A stretch of DNA of 58,093 bases, from the IMG/VR virus record IMGVR_UViG_3300043773_000315, one strand, 5' to 3'. A program made the position numbers and the translations under genes. The notes under the pieces are model-generated. The model did not search any database and had not been told where the DNA came from. It saw nothing but the letters and a program-made list of their open reading frames with translations. Shown one piece after another: positions 46,600 through 56,690 of this stretch; the first letter of the stretch is position 1, and each line of letters starts with the position of its first letter. Source of the stretch: an uncultured virus (IMG/VR IMGVR_UViG_3300043773_000315). Its lineage: Duplodnaviria; Heunggongvirae; Uroviricota; Caudoviricetes.

Positions 46600-49500
46600 T
46601 ATGCATCCTCTGGAAGGGCTGTTGCACGAACGTCTAGAACATAAGGAATAGAATTTGCCACAGTGCTTCTAGAAGACAGAACTATCTTGATAGCAAACTG
46701 ATTGAAAGTTTTGTATGTTGTCGTATCTGTTGAATATGTAATATTATTGGATGTTAGAGATGGTCTATACTCATATTCAACAGGTTGTCTGTTTACCGAG
46801 AACGTGTACTGACTTGTCTTTTGAGTCATGCGTACCCAATCGCGGTCTTCAATCTTTTGCGGATCAAGAGCGTTACGTACCTTATAGTATACGTTAACAT
46901 TTGATCCTGGCGGTTTAACGGCTGTCAAGAAAATTCTCAAATCGCCCGCATCAAATCCATCAAGCAGAGTGACTGTCTTTGAGATGTATCTAGCTAAAGC
47001 TGGACCACCAGATGAACCAGTTTCCGTTGATACGCTAACATTTGCTCCAATTCCGTTTTCACCACCAACTGTAACGACAACATCATCAACGTATCCTACA
47101 CCAGGACTATCGATGTAGATAGAAGATATTTTTCTTGTTTCAGGATCAACTATAGCCCAACCATTAGCACCATATCCTACATTACTTGTGATAGTAAGAG
47201 GTGCAGTATCATAGTATTCTTCACCAGGACTTGTAATTGTAAATCTGTCGGCAGTCAATCCTGTGTCGTTTATCAAGTTCTCAATAGTTATCATGTTTTG
47301 TCTATTGTGATAGATTACAGGAGAAACGTCCGGATTCTTGGTAGAAAGATCAATACGCACAGTCATGGATTTATTTTCCAGTTGCGGATTAAATATAATC
47401 TTTCTTTCTTCCAGATCAAATCTCTTATCAGGATTAAAGTTGGTATAAGTTGTGTCTAGTACCTTAGTTGTATTTGATGTACCTTTGAAATAATAACTAA
47501 GTTTAGTGTTATTAATTTCAATTGCATCTGATCTTAAATGGAGAGCATCATAATAAGTATTGGCCTTCAAATCATCAAATGCATTATAAGCAACGTTTGA
47601 TGAAATTTCTTTATAAAGCGCAACCTTATCCTCATCAAATATCGCTGTACCTGATGTTGATGTAAACTGTGCTTTATTCAAAACAAACATCAAGTCTTCG
47701 TTTGCTAATGGCGTCCACGTGCCTGCCGCAGAACCATTCATCTGAGACTTAAGGAATGTGCCAAGATGTGGCTGTTTAGATATTTTTCTATCAGTTCCAA
47801 TAACAGTTCCACCCAATTCTGCTGAATAATAGTCATAACCAAAATCGTCAGTAACAGCAACAATAGCATATTCATATCCTGCGTTTAGATAAACAGGACT
47901 TGGGAATGTAAATCTAGTTGCAGTCAAAGAATTAGATGTATTTGGAAAATTAGATACATTTATGTCTTCAATATCAACCGTAGTCGTAGCTCCAGGAATA
48001 ATTACATCGTTTCTTGGTATTCCATTTTGAACTGGTCTAATTTGGACTTCTATAGGAAGTAACTCGCCCTTATTCTTGAAGAACAAGTCAACAGAAGATA
48101 TAAAGAGTCCGTCGGGAGCGTCTCTTCCTGAAACAAAGAACGTTTGTGCAATCGGATCATTCCTTCCTTGGCAACCTGCGTTTTGATCTGGTTGTCCTGG
48201 ATACTGATCGCTACCTGTGCTTAATCCATATGAACCAGTAGATGGACAACATGAACTACAACTTCTCGTCCACTCGCCTCTTCCTAGATATTGAGTAACA
48301 TATTTGGCTGTACATTTTCTAGAATTACTCTTTGATACTTGAGGCGGCGTCTTAGACGGAGTTTTAGGCGGCGTCTTAGTCGGAGTTTTAGCCGGCGTCT
48401 TTGTAACTGGCAATGGCGAAGTGTCTGGCGGTACTTTAGTTGGTGTCCGAGTTGGCTGCGACACTGGACCAACACCCACAGTTCTTGTTGGAGTATTCGT
48501 AGGATCTGGCGTATTTGTTCTAGTAGGCGTAATAGGATTCGAACTAGTTTTAGTTGGCGTAGGAGTTATTGGTGTTACCGGTAAAGTTTTTGTTTGTGTT
48601 GGCGTAAAACTTCTTGTTGGAGTAGGTGAAGGTACTGGCACATCTGGATCATCTTTACGTATAAGAATTTGTGCAATAGATTGATCTAGGCCGTCAGCCA
48701 CAAAACGATATTCTGCTCTTGTTGTATCTCTACCAACACCTAGATTTGGATCGTTTAGTCCAAAAACAGGATTGTCTATAATTCTGAATATCTTATCGCC
48801 AGTCTTAAATTTAGAATCTGGATTTTTGTTAGGATCAGGAATATGAAGAACGCCCGATATCATTCCTCTTGATGTTGTGTAAGAAGAAGGATGATTATTT
48901 GATGCATACCATGATCTGTAATCACCAATTGTGTAGATAAGTTGATCATCATTAGGATTTATATTTAAGGCTGGATTAACATACGCAATTCTAGACAAAC
49001 AGTTATAACTTACAATTTCGGCAGATTGTCCTGCGTTAGTTCCATTTAGAATTGTTATTGTATTACCTAGATAATATTCATCTGTTGCTGCATTAGCGTC
49101 AGATGACATGACAATTTCCGTGTTTGTGGTATTTGCTTGTACAAGTCCAGAATAGTGACTGTAGTTATAAAGTGAAGTTGTATATCCTCCTGGTATATTT
49201 ACAATAACTGTATCATTTTCCGCAAAAACGCTTGGAGAAGTAAATTCAGAAACATAAAAAATAGAATTTCCAGAATCAAGGTCTCTTTCCACATGCAAAA
49301 TTCTTGCAGCAGCCGAACCTATATTTAAAACTTTTTGAGAGCCACTTCTAAGATCGGATACAGTATTACTAGATTTAACCTCAATTATGTTTGGTCTCTG
49401 AACGAATCTGTTAACACCGACTCCATCAAAGTAAAACCAAATTTCTCTATTTGGACGCAATCTATATCCAAGAAAGTCAATTGCTATCGATCTCATATAA

Positions 49501-49661
49501 GGAATGATAGAAACGCCCGTCAAAATGTTTCCTGCAGTTTTATCAACGGTCGTTGTGTTCGTTACAGTTTGAGCGTTGTCCTGTAACGTTTGATAAGAAG
49601 TTGGCGGCGCACTTCTAGGAATTTTTGCTGACGCTGAGGTTACGATGCTGCTTGTTGCCAT
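46596..49661 (-). CDS. Large structural protein, C-terminal half of a DUF4815/VrlC-like family
   Basis: IIPYMRS..I.F....LRPN, DPIAQTFFV, FISSVDLFF, F.FPSPVYL, EDLMF, ARYISK.VTL, FAIKIVL. Confidence 0.8.
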   Translation of the reverse strand: MATSSIVTSASAKIPRSAPPTSYQTLQDNAQTVTNTTTVDKTAGNILTGVSIIPYMRSIAIDFLGYRLRPNREIWFYFDGVGVNRFVQRPNIIEVKSSNTVSDLRSGSQKVLNIGSAAARILHVERDLDSGNSIFYVSEFTSPSVFAENDTVIVNIPGGYTTSLYNYSHYSGLVQANTTNTEIVMSSDANAATDEYYLGNTITILNGTNAGQSAEIVSYNCLSRIAYVNPALNINPNDDQLIYTIGDYRSWYASNNHPSSYTTSRGMISGVLHIPDPNKNPDSKFKTGDKIFRIIDNPVFGLNDPNLGVGRDTTRAEYRFVADGLDQSIAQILIRKDDPDVPVPSPTPTRSFTPTQTKTLPVTPITPTPTKTSSNPITPTRTNTPDPTNTPTRTVGVGPVSQPTRTPTKVPPDTSPLPVTKTPAKTPTKTPPKTPSKTPPQVSKSNSRKCTAKYVTQYLGRGEWTRSCSSCCPSTGSYGLSTGSDQYPGQPDQNAGCQGRNDPIAQTFFVSGRDAPDGLFISSVDLFFKNKGELLPIEVQIRPVQNGIPRNDVIIPGATTTVDIEDINVSNFPNTSNSLTATRFTFPSPVYLNAGYEYAIVAVTDDFGYDYYSAELGGTVIGTDRKISKQPHLGTFLKSQMNGSAAGTWTPLANEDLMFVLNKAQFTSTSGTAIFDEDKVALYKEISSNVAYNAFDDLKANTYYDALHLRSDAIEINNTKLSYYFKGTSNTTKVLDTTYTNFNPDKRFDLEERKIIFNPQLENKSMTVRIDLSTKNPDVSPVIYHNRQNMITIENLINDTGLTADRFTITSPGEEYYDTAPLTITSNVGYGANGWAIVDPETRKISSIYIDSPGVGYVDDVVVTVGGENGIGANVSVSTETGSSGGPALARYISKTVTLLDGFDAGDLRIFLTAVKPPGSNVNVYYKVRNALDPQKIEDRDWVRMTQKTSQYTFSVNRQPVEYEYRPSLTSNNITYSTDTTTYKTFNQFAIKIVLSSRSTVANSIPYVLDVRATALPEDAY
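48343..48403. repeat. About 2.5 copies of a 24-bp repeat encoding KTPx units
   Basis: ggcggcgtcttagacggagtttta / ggcggcgtcttagtcggagtttta / gccggcgtctttg. Confidence 0.85.
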
Positions 49662-49683
49662 TTTTAGAAAAACCTTTTTACAC

Positions 49684-49691
49684 TATTTATT
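49684..49691 (-). promoter_or_regulatory. Late promoter variant
   Basis: AATAAATA between the two DUF4815-like genes. Confidence 0.55.
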
Positions 49692-52600
49692 ATCTACTTT
49701 GTGAGTCTACAATACTCTGATATATTTTATCAAAGGTAAGTTTTCCAAGCCCCTCATCTGTTATTATAATATCTGGAGCTTGAGTTGTTGAATGCCATAT
49801 ATCTGATTCTGGACTCATTATAATATTACCTTGGAAACTTGCATACAAGAACTCGGCCAGTGGAGCAAACTTACTTGCGCTATTCTGTGTAAGGAAAGAA
49901 GTTTCATCGTAGTTCAACAAAATTTTGTTTGCTGTAATTGTACATCCTGTCCATCCTGGAGCATCACTATTAGCTTTTAGTGTTACTCCTAAAGTCTCAG
50001 TTTGATTTTGCAACCATCCTTCTTGGAAATTCATAGCGCAAGAGTAATCAGTTAAAGAAGGATTACCTAGAACGTGAGATGTAAAGCTGTCAACAAATAT
50101 ACCATATTTTGTTCTGTCTAGACCATCAACGTCAGGAATAGTAATGTCTAACGCATTCTTTTCCAAAGTATTGAGTGAGACATAATATTCTAGATTTTCA
50201 ACTCTTTTTTCAATTTTACCTATGTCTCTCATTGTGTAACGTTTATTGTCTACGTATTTAACAGAAACATTGCTTGGATATTCTGTGTATGGAGGAATAC
50301 TCAAAGAATAAAGTACCATTGCTGTGGCTGGAGCAGTCGGCTCTTGAGGATACTTATTAGGTATGCCCTCAATAACTAAGAACTTTCCACCTCTATCCAA
50401 AACAATCAAATCTTTACGACCAAGATAATATTCATAATCTAGTTCAAAATCTGTAGTCGGCAAAGGAATTTTTACACCCTGTAATGTAAAGTTTGGTGAA
50501 GTGTTTGTTCCATTTTCACGGACTGGTCTAAAGTCAATACAATCTCTTAGTTCAACAACTGTTCCATCTGTCTTAACATATTGTGGAATTATTGAATATC
50601 CATCGCCCAAGTATTTACCGTTTTCGTATATAGACGTAGCTAGATTAGGATATGAGTCCACAGAAAAGTATCCGCCGCCGCCAGAAGAAATTGCTGAATG
50701 TTCATAATAACGACAGCAAACAATTAGTGGTCCACGGCATGATGCATAGTTTGGACGCAATCTGATAGATGCGTGATCATAGAAATTGTCTTTTTGACCA
50801 CTATCAAGTTCAAATCTGTCTGTGACATCGGTGTAAGCAGTTATAGATGTTCCTGCTGGTGGAACTTCTAATCCGTCAACATCTTGTCCTCCCATATCAT
50901 AAATTCTAACGGCAGTAACATCGGAAATGTATAAACTTTCACGAACGCCAGTCTCTCTAGAAGGATTAGATATGATGACTTGTCCGTCTGTCAAGTATAC
51001 ATTTGCAGTTGATCCTGTTGTTGGACTATATAACTGAACTGGAGTATTGCTAGAAACAACATCATTTTTCATTAGATGTAATGTTTTTTGCTTCGGAACA
51101 ACACCAGGATCAAATTCTACTTTTGCGAAAATTGTTGCTGAGAATGTATCATTAACATCTGTATTTCCAGTTTCAAATACTGCTTGTTCTGGTGATCCTG
51201 ATACTGTTACGGTTGGCTTTATTATATCTCCGTTTGCTCTAGCACTTACGCCTTTATCTGTGCAGACAACCAAGAAGTTATTCATGATAGTAGATGAAAT
51301 ATTGCTTGATGATGTTGCACCAAGGAAATTTTCATTATTGTCCACTTGAATGGCTGTAGATACACCAGCAGTAAACGTAGTTGTGTATTTTCTTCTGTAT
51401 GAATATACAGCATTGGTTATACCATTAGCACCATAAGCAATATATGTGTCGGGTAAATCAAAAAGAAGAGTGCTTAGAGACGCTTCGCCGATAAACGCTG
51501 AACCAGTAGAAATACTACCCGACTTGTTTAATGTGGTAATATTTGCGGAAGCATTTGATGTTGCTCCAGAAGTATATGGATATTTCTTAACAAAAGAATC
51601 AGCACTACCAAAATTAAACTCAATTGCGGCTTTAGAATCGCTTGTTGGAGTTTCAAAGAAATTTGTTGTTAATGTAAATGTATTTGTTGTAGCATTATAT
51701 GATTCGATATTATAAGAATATCCTGCACCTGGACCACTTGTAATTCTTAACAGTGCTCCATCATATGCGCCAGATATTCTTGTTAACAAGTTATTTGAAC
51801 TCAGGATAACATTACTTGTTCCTAAAGTAGCTGCAACGTCTGATGAAATATTAATAAAGTTGGTATCTAAAATATAGAACTCATACTTTCTAGCATCCAC
51901 ATCTACATCACCAGAGAAAAACTCTAAGTCTTTGATACGACCATAACCAATTTTACTTCTGTTGTATGTTTCACTGGTATCATAGTTGACATCGGCAGTT
52001 GAAACGCAGTGAATGTCAAAAACATCAGCCACAGATGTATCAAATACACCTTTCAGTCCGTCTACAATAACATAATTTCCGTAATTCATGTTTAAGTCCC
52101 ATGCATCTACGGATTTTAATGTTCTACCCTTCTTAATGGAGACACTAGTTGGACCATAAGTTTCAATTTCATAACCATAAACATATCCTTTGCCGGGAGA
52201 AAGAACCGCAGCAACGTTATTTACAGCATCAAATCTATCTTCGGACATAACTAGATTGAAAGGTTTAACAGTATAGTTTCCTGACTCATCATAAGTTCTA
52301 CGTGCTAGGACTTCTTCAATTTCGGAGTAAATAGGATACTTTACTACGTTTCTAAGTGATAAGCCTTCAACTCTACCTAACTCAATGAATTTTGAATCGT
52401 CTTCACTATCTAAACTTCTAGTGGACAATACTAGATCGGCCTTATATCTTGCTGCGCCTGGAGCCTGATAGTTGAAAGATTCCTGGGCCGGATCAAGCAA
52501 TGAGGTATCTGATTGTTCTGTAACAATAGAATCGCTTAACTCTAAACCTATTCTTGCATTAGCAACGGTTGTGTGTTTGCCAACAATCGTTGTCTGATAT

Positions 52601-53172
52601 GGAACTTTAATAAAATAACCGTTGTAAAAGAAAATGCTGTCTCTAATGCCCACAAAAGCACTTGTAGAGTTTACGTTTGATTCTGCGGTGTTTGCCTTAG
52701 TTGCTTCACCTTTAATTATGAAAGTTTGATTATTTGAGAAATAATCTCCTGAAATATACTTACCATGAAGTATAGGTGGTTGACTATCTGTTCTTTGTTC
52801 AACATTTAATACTCTAAATTGAATAGTATTTGCAGCATCAGTAGATACAATTAGTTTTTTATCAAATTGAGTAACGTCTATGTTAGTGTTAGCAAAAGTA
52901 GGACTTAAATTGATAGTATCATAAGGTTCAGGAGAATAAAATAGTTCTCCTCCAATAACCATTGAACCGTTTTCGAAGATATGACGACCGAATCTTTCGA
53001 TCTGATTTTGTAAAATAGTTTGTAGCTGAGTAAGTTCGCGGGCCTGAACTGCATAACCAGGTCTGAAAAGAATGCGATGAAAATTCTTATCTTCGTTAAA
53101 ATCATCATAATATGGAAACACAGTTGTTTCTGTCGGAACTACCAGCGTGTTTGCAACGTTTGCTTTTGCCAT
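49690..53172 (-). CDS. Large structural protein, N-terminal half of a DUF4815/VrlC-like family
   Basis: PYYDDF..KNFHRILFRPGYAVQARELTQLQTILQNQI, APGA.RY, LARRTYDESGNY, RYTMRDIGKIEKRVENLEYY. Confidence 0.88.
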   Translation of the reverse strand: MAKANVANTLVVPTETTVFPYYDDFNEDKNFHRILFRPGYAVQARELTQLQTILQNQIERFGRHIFENGSMVIGGELFYSPEPYDTINLSPTFANTNIDVTQFDKKLIVSTDAANTIQFRVLNVEQRTDSQPPILHGKYISGDYFSNNQTFIIKGEATKANTAESNVNSTSAFVGIRDSIFFYNGYFIKVPYQTTIVGKHTTVANARIGLELSDSIVTEQSDTSLLDPAQESFNYQAPGAARYKADLVLSTRSLDSEDDSKFIELGRVEGLSLRNVVKYPIYSEIEEVLARRTYDESGNYTVKPFNLVMSEDRFDAVNNVAAVLSPGKGYVYGYEIETYGPTSVSIKKGRTLKSVDAWDLNMNYGNYVIVDGLKGVFDTSVADVFDIHCVSTADVNYDTSETYNRSKIGYGRIKDLEFFSGDVDVDARKYEFYILDTNFINISSDVAATLGTSNVILSSNNLLTRISGAYDGALLRITSGPGAGYSYNIESYNATTNTFTLTTNFFETPTSDSKAAIEFNFGSADSFVKKYPYTSGATSNASANITTLNKSGSISTGSAFIGEASLSTLLFDLPDTYIAYGANGITNAVYSYRRKYTTTFTAGVSTAIQVDNNENFLGATSSSNISSTIMNNFLVVCTDKGVSARANGDIIKPTVTVSGSPEQAVFETGNTDVNDTFSATIFAKVEFDPGVVPKQKTLHLMKNDVVSSNTPVQLYSPTTGSTANVYLTDGQVIISNPSRETGVRESLYISDVTAVRIYDMGGQDVDGLEVPPAGTSITAYTDVTDRFELDSGQKDNFYDHASIRLRPNYASCRGPLIVCCRYYEHSAISSGGGGYFSVDSYPNLATSIYENGKYLGDGYSIIPQYVKTDGTVVELRDCIDFRPVRENGTNTSPNFTLQGVKIPLPTTDFELDYEYYLGRKDLIVLDRGGKFLVIEGIPNKYPQEPTAPATAMVLYSLSIPPYTEYPSNVSVKYVDNKRYTMRDIGKIEKRVENLEYYVSLNTLEKNALDITIPDVDGLDRTKYGIFVDSFTSHVLGNPSLTDYSCAMNFQEGWLQNQTETLGVTLKANSDAPGWTGCTITANKILLNYDETSFLTQNSASKFAPLAEFLYASFQGNIIMSPESDIWHSTTQAPDIIITDEGLGKLTFDKIYQSIVDSQSR

Positions 53173-53185
53173 TTTTATCTATGCC

Positions 53186-54526
53186 CTAAAACTTTAATAC
53201 TATTTTGAAATCTTCAATCTGATCGGAAGACCTACTAATTGGTTGTATATTATCTATATATAAAAGTTGTCCAGAATGAGGTTGAACTTCTGGAACAGTT
53301 ACAGGAAGAGTTACCGTTCCTGTTGCTCCAGTGTCGTAACCTATTAGAGATGCTGCTTGTAAAGTTCCTCTAGTATTGGCCAACTTCAATTGATTTGAAC
53401 CGTTCCAGTCTACAACTGTGCCTGTAAATGTTGCGTTGGCAAGAACAAGACCCTGATACACAATTTCGTCTTCCGCAAAGTTGTCATCATCAACACCCGA
53501 CAGTGTGACAATCGTATATTGAGAGAATGCTGTATTTTGCTCAACTCTTGTTGTGCCATAAATGATAGGATCTCTTATCAACGAAACTTGTCTAAATTCG
53601 TTAGTTATAGGCAATTTACCGTTTTCATCATAACGTAATCTTACATTCAACATTAGATTGCTTCCACCCAATTCATGTAATGCATCTGAACCGTGACCAC
53701 CAGGAGGACTTATTATTGCTCTTAGGCTTGCTCCTACACCATATGATGAATCATCATAAACCATGACGTTAGCATAAGTGTAACCTGTTCCTGGTCTGTC
53801 GATTACAATAGAATTAATTCTATTTGTCATAGCATTTGTCTTAGCAAATGCGTTTGCTCCTGAGCCATCACCCGTAATTGTAATCCAAATCTTGGTGTTG
53901 TCAACATAATCTTGACCACCATTAACGACATCAATATATTCTATACCTCCATCGATGGCATTATCTTGAACGTCCCATTGTAATGAGCCATCATCATTCA
54001 CTAGAGTTTTAACTGGAATATACTCAGATGTGGTAAATCTTAGTTGTTCGGCTGTTGAGATAGAATACATATATTTCCAAATATAACCGTCTGCTTCCTG
54101 AACTGTTCCGGTCGCAATTTTCTGAATAGGAACGTTTTGTGATGGTGTGCCATTGTTATTTGAAATACACTTGTACACATCCCAGTTTGATGTGACAACA
54201 TAGAAATCTGTATTAGGATTAAATAGTATTAGAGAACATGTGCAATGGTCATACCTGTCATAGACTGTGCCTTGAGTCCAGTCTATTCTACGGATACAGT
54301 GATACATATCGTTGCCCGTAACGCGCTTGGCACCTATCATATTGCGATAGACTTCATATAGAGAAGTCACGGAACTATTGGCCTGCGGTGGAGCAGCATC
54401 ATTTGCCCAAGATTCCACTTTACCAATCGTAAAATAAAGTCCAGTATTTGCAACTTCCGACGCGGATTCTTTGAACTGTTCAGCGTTAAAGATGTTTAGA
54501 TTTTTGGAATAAACAGAAACCGTCAT
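53186..54526 (-). CDS. gp8: Baseplate wedge subunit
   Basis: VYKCISNNNG, DGYIWKYMY, IISPPGGHG.D...ELG, QIEDFKIVLKF. Confidence 0.92.
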   Translation of the reverse strand: MTVSVYSKNLNIFNAEQFKESASEVANTGLYFTIGKVESWANDAAPPQANSSVTSLYEVYRNMIGAKRVTGNDMYHCIRRIDWTQGTVYDRYDHCTCSLILFNPNTDFYVVTSNWDVYKCISNNNGTPSQNVPIQKIATGTVQEADGYIWKYMYSISTAEQLRFTTSEYIPVKTLVNDDGSLQWDVQDNAIDGGIEYIDVVNGGQDYVDNTKIWITITGDGSGANAFAKTNAMTNRINSIVIDRPGTGYTYANVMVYDDSSYGVGASLRAIISPPGGHGSDALHELGGSNLMLNVRLRYDENGKLPITNEFRQVSLIRDPIIYGTTRVEQNTAFSQYTIVTLSGVDDDNFAEDEIVYQGLVLANATFTGTVVDWNGSNQLKLANTRGTLQAASLIGYDTGATGTVTLPVTVPEVQPHSGQLLYIDNIQPISRSSDQIEDFKIVLKF

Positions 54527-54533
54527 TTTTTAC

Positions 54534-56690
54534 CTATTGTATTGTTCCATAATAAACGTTACCCGAAGTATTAGCTAGGTTAGAAACTCTTGTGTTAGCA
54601 ATCTGAGTTACTACAAACACATTTCCGTTAGCACCAGAAGCCACAAATATTCCGTTCGCTATATTTATAGTATCTCCCGATTGGAATTCTAAGTATATGA
54701 TATCTCCGTTAGAAATGCTATTGTTTGATCTTATCACTCTAACGTTGCTGGTTATAGTATTGGCTGATGTATTGATATTTACAACGTTCGAAACATATTG
54801 TGCGATTTGATATACAATCTTCTTTGTGGCATTGGCTGTAGTCACTTGAACATTCATAGTCTCGCCGTTATCCACGGTTGTATATTCGCCGAACAAACTC
54901 ATACCAGCAGGATGGACCAGGTCTTTCAATGCTTTTCTGTAGTTATTGATAGCCTGCTTAATTTTCACGACATAAGAATAGTTATGATAATACTTGCCGT
55001 CTTGTAGGAAGTTAAAGCTGCTCAAATGACCGTCATCATTTAGATATCTGCCTGGATAAGTATAAACGCCTTGAACGATAGTTGGTACAGCTTGGGCTGT
55101 ACCAGAACCAATTGATTTGAGATTGATTGTGGGCGGAGTTGCATATCCAGAACCACCAGATAGAATCGAAAGTTCTAGAATTGCACCAACTTCATCCGAG
55201 GTGCTTGTTAGTGTTTCACCAAAGCCTAAGATGGCCGAAACGGTAACATTTCCGCCAACACCTGTCGTTGTGATAATATTAGCTGTTGGCAATTCAAGCA
55301 TATTATAACCAGAACCGCCTATGTAATGTCCTGATACGGCTTTAAATTTCACACTGGTAATTGCACCTGTGCCGTTAACTGTGGCTACATATCCTCTTGC
55401 TCCTGTACCAGCACCTATAGTCGCAAAAGGTCTGTTGATTATTTCAATCTCGTCGTTTACTGCGTATCCGCTACCAGGAGAAACAATTCTCATTTTTCCA
55501 AGAATACCAAGATTTTTGACTCTTGTGTTGGCCGCCGCTGTCATGGTAGGCGCTGCCAAATAATTATTGCCGCCTGTCAGAACGACCACTCTTTGAATTG
55601 GTCCAGTATTTGCATAGCGGAAATAAATCATAGAATTGCCGATCCAGTTGTTTGCTGGATCCGAAACCGTATTGACAAGATTGGAATAAAGAGCGTTGCC
55701 GATAGCTGTATTTGCTTCACGACTTATGAGAGATATGACAATATTGTATGTGTTTGGATGCACGGACTCATCAGCATTTATCAGAGAAACGTATGCGTTT
55801 GCTCCAGTTCCTGTCGGACTAGATATCAGAACTACATTTGTGTTTTGAAATCCAGCGCCGCCGTCTGTAGGTGATATCGTTTTGATTGCCGCTTTTGATG
55901 TGGAAGAAACAACAATAATACCGCCAGTACCAGTATTGCTTTCGATGATAGCTTGATCGCCAACAGAATAGTTATTGCCTCTTTCGGTAATGTCTACACG
56001 AACGATAATGCCAGAAAACACGTTTGCTGAAATATACTTAATCTGACCTTCTTCTTCAAAAAAGGCCGAGACCTTTTCACCAGAACTAAAGTCTCTGACC
56101 TGATTAGAAACTTTTAGTTCCTTAACAATCACGCCATTTTCATAGTACACATCAACGGATTCTACGGTAGCTGTGGCGTTTGATGTTAGTCCTCTAATCT
56201 GACGACCAGCGAAGTTCTTGGCTGTAAATATTCCAGGATCCGCAGTATTGTTTACCTGAACATCATAAACTTTAAGTGATTTTTCCTGATACCACTTACC
56301 ATCAGATGCTTTGAGAATGTCTCTCTTGGGATAATAAAAGTCTGTCTCTAGATCGTACAGAATAGCAAGAAGAAACTCAATAGACTTCTCTGTGCCTCTA
56401 GCACGATAAAAGTCTTTGATATGCTTTATGATGAAGTCTCTATCTGCAATAGTTTCTTCTGGAATGAGACTTAGAAACTGTGAGTATAATTTCTCTGAGT
56501 ATAAGTCAATATTGCGGTCAACATCCAGTGCTTCACGAAAACCCTTGGCTCTCTCAATTGTTTTACCTTCTTGTTCAAGATATTGATAGTATGCTTCAAT
56601 AAACTTGATAAAGGCAGGATGATCGTTCCTAACAAAGAACGGCGCTTGAGAATATACGAAGTTTGAGATGCCTACGTTCGTATTTGCCAT
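54534..56690 (-). CDS. gp7: Baseplate wedge subunit (gp7-like)
   Basis: FIEAYYQYLE, IKDFYRARGT, YPKRDILKASDGKW, LQDGKYYHNYSYVVK, LVHPAG..LFG. Confidence 0.82.
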   Translation of the reverse strand: MANTNVGISNFVYSQAPFFVRNDHPAFIKFIEAYYQYLEQEGKTIERAKGFREALDVDRNIDLYSEKLYSQFLSLIPEETIADRDFIIKHIKDFYRARGTEKSIEFLLAILYDLETDFYYPKRDILKASDGKWYQEKSLKVYDVQVNNTADPGIFTAKNFAGRQIRGLTSNATATVESVDVYYENGVIVKELKVSNQVRDFSSGEKVSAFFEEEGQIKYISANVFSGIIVRVDITERGNNYSVGDQAIIESNTGTGGIIVVSSTSKAAIKTISPTDGGAGFQNTNVVLISSPTGTGANAYVSLINADESVHPNTYNIVISLISREANTAIGNALYSNLVNTVSDPANNWIGNSMIYFRYANTGPIQRVVVLTGGNNYLAAPTMTAAANTRVKNLGILGKMRIVSPGSGYAVNDEIEIINRPFATIGAGTGARGYVATVNGTGAITSVKFKAVSGHYIGGSGYNMLELPTANIITTTGVGGNVTVSAILGFGETLTSTSDEVGAILELSILSGGSGYATPPTINLKSIGSGTAQAVPTIVQGVYTYPGRYLNDDGHLSSFNFLQDGKYYHNYSYVVKIKQAINNYRKALKDLVHPAGMSLFGEYTTVDNGETMNVQVTTANATKKIVYQIAQYVSNVVNINTSANTITSNVRVIRSNNSISNGDIIYLEFQSGDTINIANGIFVASGANGNVFVVTQIANTRVSNLANTSGNVYYGTIQ
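54662..54669 (-). promoter_or_regulatory. T4-type late promoter inside gp7
   Basis: TATAAATA about 135 bp upstream of gp8. Confidence 0.5.

Noticed and set aside
38700..48410. Short tandem repeats as a CRISPR array
   Set aside because: All are in-frame coding repeats (18, 24, 63 bp) without unique spacers; no cas genes
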